Positions 60,601 through 64,000 of a stretch of 64,000 nt of DNA are shown in pieces (the first letter of the stretch is position 1; each line of letters starts with the position of its first letter). Both the position numbers and the translations under genes were made by a program. Below the pieces are notes generated by a model, which was not told the origin of the DNA, did not search any database, and saw only the letters and a program-made list of their open reading frames with translations. The stretch covers positions 2,628 through 66,627 of the forward strand of contig DF237437.1 of assembly GCA_000708835.1 (NCBI GenBank). Direction: 5' to 3'. The DNA comes from Klebsormidium nitens (taxonomy: Eukaryota > Plantae > Klebsormidiophyceae).

Positions 60601-63423
60601 GTCGAAAGGGCGAAGCCCTTTTCGAGCGTGCCGTCTGGGAAGGCACCGCTTCGTAAGCTCTTAGCGACGTCAAGGGCTTTCAACACCACAACCTACTCTG
60701 ACCTTTCGCTCGTTCGTGCAGGCGGAGCTGGACCGGGCACGTGCCGAGCTGGAGCAGTACAACGGCGTGACGGCAAATGCCGTGACCCAGGCTGACCAGC
60801 AGGAGGCGGCCATCTTGCGGGCGGCGTCGCGCTGCTCCGTCCTCGGACACTACGCAACAGGTGCGGACGTCCGAACGCGCTCACAGATTTGCGTGAAATA
60901 TGACAGAATACAAAGTATGAAAGTGCCCACAGAGAATTGCGTGATGGTTGTCTTAGCCAGGGTCGATGACAAAACGAGTCGCCCTCTGTGGATACACAGT
61001 CCACAGGGTGGCTTAGAAGGGAAAATGCTGGTGTCTTTCGCAACCTGGCAAGTGTGATCCATAAGGAAGCAAAGCACGAACCCCGTAGAAAGAACCGCTT
61101 TGTTGACTTCTCTGCCCAATAAACGGCTTCGCAGAAAGCAATGTGCCACCCAAAAGGAAGCAAAGCTGGGGTTGCTCAAGAAGAGGACGTAACGGCCAGC
61201 TGATTGACGGAGCTTGAATCAAGCATTCGGATTCAGCAGGAGTTCCATTTGATGGTAGCGGTACGCTGGCATCTCATTAAGCTATTAACCTAGCGCCTCA
61301 GTAGAATCGACGAAAAACGTGGATTGGGTGGAAATAGCAAGCGGACGCCTGGCACGGCTCGACACGTTTGAGGCCCAGCCGTTTGTTCTCGACGAAATCT
61401 TATCAGGCGATGTTGCAAAACCCTATTGGCATCCTTCGGTTTCTAGGAAACTTTCTCCTGAGGTAACGGACGAAGCCTCAAGGCCGGTCTCGTCTGGTAA
61501 TCAACACCGCTGTACACCCCTTTCAGGCGGAAGCATGGCTGGCGAGGCCCCCGCTGTGAATGCGCTCCGAATGGAAGCGCAGAGCCTGGAGGAGGTCCTC
61601 GCGCTCCTGCAATCCAAAGTGGCCGCGCTCCGAGGCGACGGCGCCGAAACTCTAAGCGGCGACGCGCGGCGGCAGCTGCAGGGCGTCGCGCGTGGCGCAC
61701 TCGCGGCGCTGCAGCAGCGCCAGGCGGGCGCACGCGCGAGCAGCGCGCAGTCGCGCGCGAGCAGCGCGGGGGGCAGCGTCAGCTCGAGCTTTGGCGGGGT
61801 GTTCAGCCGCGCGGGCAGCGCGACGAGCTCCGTTGGCGCGCGTTCTTCCGGGGGGGCAAGTATCGCCTCTATTCCGGAGGGGGTGGAGGAGGGAGACGCG
61901 CCGAGCGGGCTGCTCGCGCAGCTGCAGCTCAAGTCGAAGCAGATGGGGGTGGGACAGCAACCACAGGCGGGGCGACCGTCCGCGGGGTCGTTCACAGGGG
62001 TGCAGTCGCCGAATGTGTCCCCCCCATCTTTTACAGCACCCCCGCCCGCTCCGCTCGGTCTGCAACCCCCCAAGATGCCTCAGTTTGGTGCCCCCGGAGC
62101 TCCCCCCCGGGCTGTAAACAACGGCGGCTGGCAGGCGGGCTATGCCAAGGAGGGCTTCCCGGGCGTCGACGCCATCCGACAGCTCAACCCCACACCTGTC
62201 GCGGCCGCGCCCGCGCCCATGGTCCGCCCAACCCTCCCTCAAACCCTTAGCCCTCCGAGTTCTGTCCCCGCTTTCGGTGCCCGCCCCGTTGCGCCTTCGG
62301 CGCTTCAACCGGGCTTCGCGAACCCCGGCCTTAACCCCGGCCTTAACCCCGGTCTTAACCCGGGCTTTAGCCCCGGACTGACCCCCGGCCTCACCCCAGG
62401 ACTCACCCCCGGTCTTAACCCTGGTCTTAACCCTGGGTTTCCGAGCCGCCCAGTTGCTCCAAACGGGTTCAACATGGCTTCCGTGGCAAGCCAGCCGGTG
62501 GTTAGACCGCCCCTCGCTCCACCCCAAGCCCCAGCGGCACCAGTAAAGACCGGGGGATCCCTCGCGGAGCAACTGGCGGCACGTGCCGGAAATCTCAAGT
62601 CTGCGACATCTTCCCCACCGCCAGGTGAGACAGTACATCTATCTGGAATAATAATTTCTTCATCTGATGACCAATGAGTTCTGTTCTGAAGCCCGTAATC
62701 AATGGGATTCTGGTGCACATGATTGAGTGAGTCTCGCATCAAGAGAAGTTTTTTAGCGGAAGGTTGATCCTGGCGCTCTTCCGGAGGGTAGCCTAGAAAC
62801 AGGGTGCTGAATCTATCTTCGTGTAATTAGTCAGCAGCACGCGAACGCGTGGCCGGTATGAACCGGCGTAGGATAGATTCGAGTTCGTCCGCATCGGAAC
62901 ATCGTCTAGTCCAGGACATGGCTGTTTATGGAATGCGTTGTACAAGCAACCGGTGCAGGAGCGTCGCGTATGCTCCTCCCATCCAGATCAAAAAGAACTC
63001 AGAACGAAGACGACGACTTCGCAATACACAAAGCTGGAAGTCTTCGGCCCAGTGCCACCGGAATCGGGGCTGCAATCCCAGGAAGTTTTTACTGTGAGAT
63101 AAGCAAACGCGCCGAATGGATCGCGAAAGCCCGCCCAAATGCTTCACCTCTCCTCTGCGCCAGTTGCGGCCCCTCCCGTCCCCAACCGAGCGCCTGCCCC
63201 TGCCATTAAAGGCCGTGGCGGGCCGCCTCCCCCGCCCCCCCCCATGCCGACCCCAGAAGAAGCCGCGGCGTTTGTGAAGGGGAAGGCGGCCGCGGCCGCG
63301 CCCCCCGCGCCCGCGCGACCGAACGGCACTTCGAACGCCCCAGCCAGCAGGCCTGGGGGAGGAGTGAACCTAGCCGACCAACTGAGAATGAAGGTGCTGA
63401 GCAGGAGAGTAGCGGACGAATAA
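57699..63423 (+). CDS. PH-domain + coiled-coil + proline-rich protein with WH2-like motifs, ~662 aa
   Basis: Exons 58294-58422, 58872-59045, 59788-59842, 60172-60293, 60722-60860, 61527-62624 and 63164-63423 join in frame. The first exon, 57699-57710 (MWNQ), is tentative. PH motifs EGWLEKRGGKYSGWKKRYFVL, GVLPLEG, FAFVL, YVLAA and DEWMQKL. Confidence 0.8.
58476..58570. repeat. ~50-bp tandem repeat in a PH-gene intron (2 clear copies)
   Basis: GGAAAAC(G/C)GTCAGCAACAAGAGTT(G/A)ATCCGAGCAGACG at about 58476 and 58526. Confidence 0.85.
59105..59232. repeat. ~46-bp degenerate tandem repeat in a PH-gene intron
   Basis: TTT(G/C)CCCATGATC...AGTGCTC(G/A)TACGTGA at 59143 and 59189, with a partial unit at 59105. 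Confidence 0.7.
62321..62440 (+). repeat. Ten 12-nt coding repeats, (N/S/T)PG(L/F)
   Basis: NPGL NPGL NPGL NPGF SPGL TPGL TPGL TPGL NPGL NPGF, with synonymous codon variation between units. Confidence 0.9.
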
Positions 63424-63854
63424 CGCGATGAAACGTCGGAAGCACTTGATACGGACGTGCGAAGAGAGTTGAGTGAAGATGTTCGATTGGAAACGCATAA
63501 GAATCCGAAAAGCGGAGCAGGACTACCAGAGCTAGGGCTACGACCTTTCAGTTACGGTTCTATATTGTGGGAGACACTTTATGGCAGAGGCCGCGGACGT
63601 TTGCATGCACCATGAGCATGACCAGTATACCTCGCCGTGCACTGTGGCGGCCGGGCCAGTGATCTCGCGGACTCTCCACCAGTGGAGGAGGGGGCGGCAA
63701 ATTCTTCGAAGCTCCCTATATGTTTCGAGAGGTGGCCGCCGCCGCCGGCGGTCACTGCAAACTTAGCTTGATGCCGCGCGTTGAACGAAGTTTTTTCACG
63801 CCAAGCCGTCGAATCTAACAAGTGCATGAATTGCGTGCGGAACGCGCGCGCGGC

Positions 63855-63861
63855 TATAAAA
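63855..63861 (+). promoter_or_regulatory. TATA-box-like element, possibly for a gene beyond the window
   Basis: TATAAAA embedded in a GC-rich context (GCGCGCGGC-TATAAAA-GGG). No downstream gene is visible. Confidence 0.3.
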
Positions 63862-64000
63862 GGGACTGCACGTCGTCCGGTCATGCTCGAGGGGACGCTG
63901 GTATACTTACATGCCGCCGGCGCGTGCTACATTGTCATGCGATATAGGCTCGACATGCGATTGGACTCGGCAAACTAGAGCGGAACGTGTTGCATTGGTA

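Noticed and set aside
61443-62742. Long minus-strand ORFs (61652-62638, 61501-62073, 62305-62742)
   Set aside because: Antisense shadows of the GC-rich PH-gene exon, with no independent domain or splice support.

Overview
Intron-rich, GC-rich eukaryotic nuclear DNA with GT-AG spliceosomal introns. The plant-type gene set suggests a streptophyte green alga, possibly Klebsormidium-like (inference only). I reconstructed 12 protein-coding genes by hand from splice sites and reading-frame phase: a secreted dirigent-like protein, an orphan 391-aa ORF, RPL6, an ACC-synthase-like PLP enzyme, a GT31 HPGT/B3GALT-like galactosyltransferase, a glutamate formiminotransferase-domain protein, a conserved K/R/E-rich hypothetical protein, mitochondrial gamma-carbonic anhydrase, diacylglycerol kinase, CDSP32 thioredoxin, an abhydrolase-type lipase, and a PH-coiled-coil-polyproline protein with WH2-like motifs. 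There is one hAT-type MITE with ~26-bp TIRs and an 8-bp TSD. The most unusual signal is recurrent 'splice-junction echoes': introns of at least three genes carry degenerate tandem copies of the neighbouring exon edge together with its splice site. These include about 12 copies in gamma-CA intron 3, four in the lipase gene and one in the GT31 gene, and several differ from the real exon mainly at synonymous positions. No rRNA, tRNA or CRISPR was recognised. All coordinates were counted by eye, and no database searches were run.
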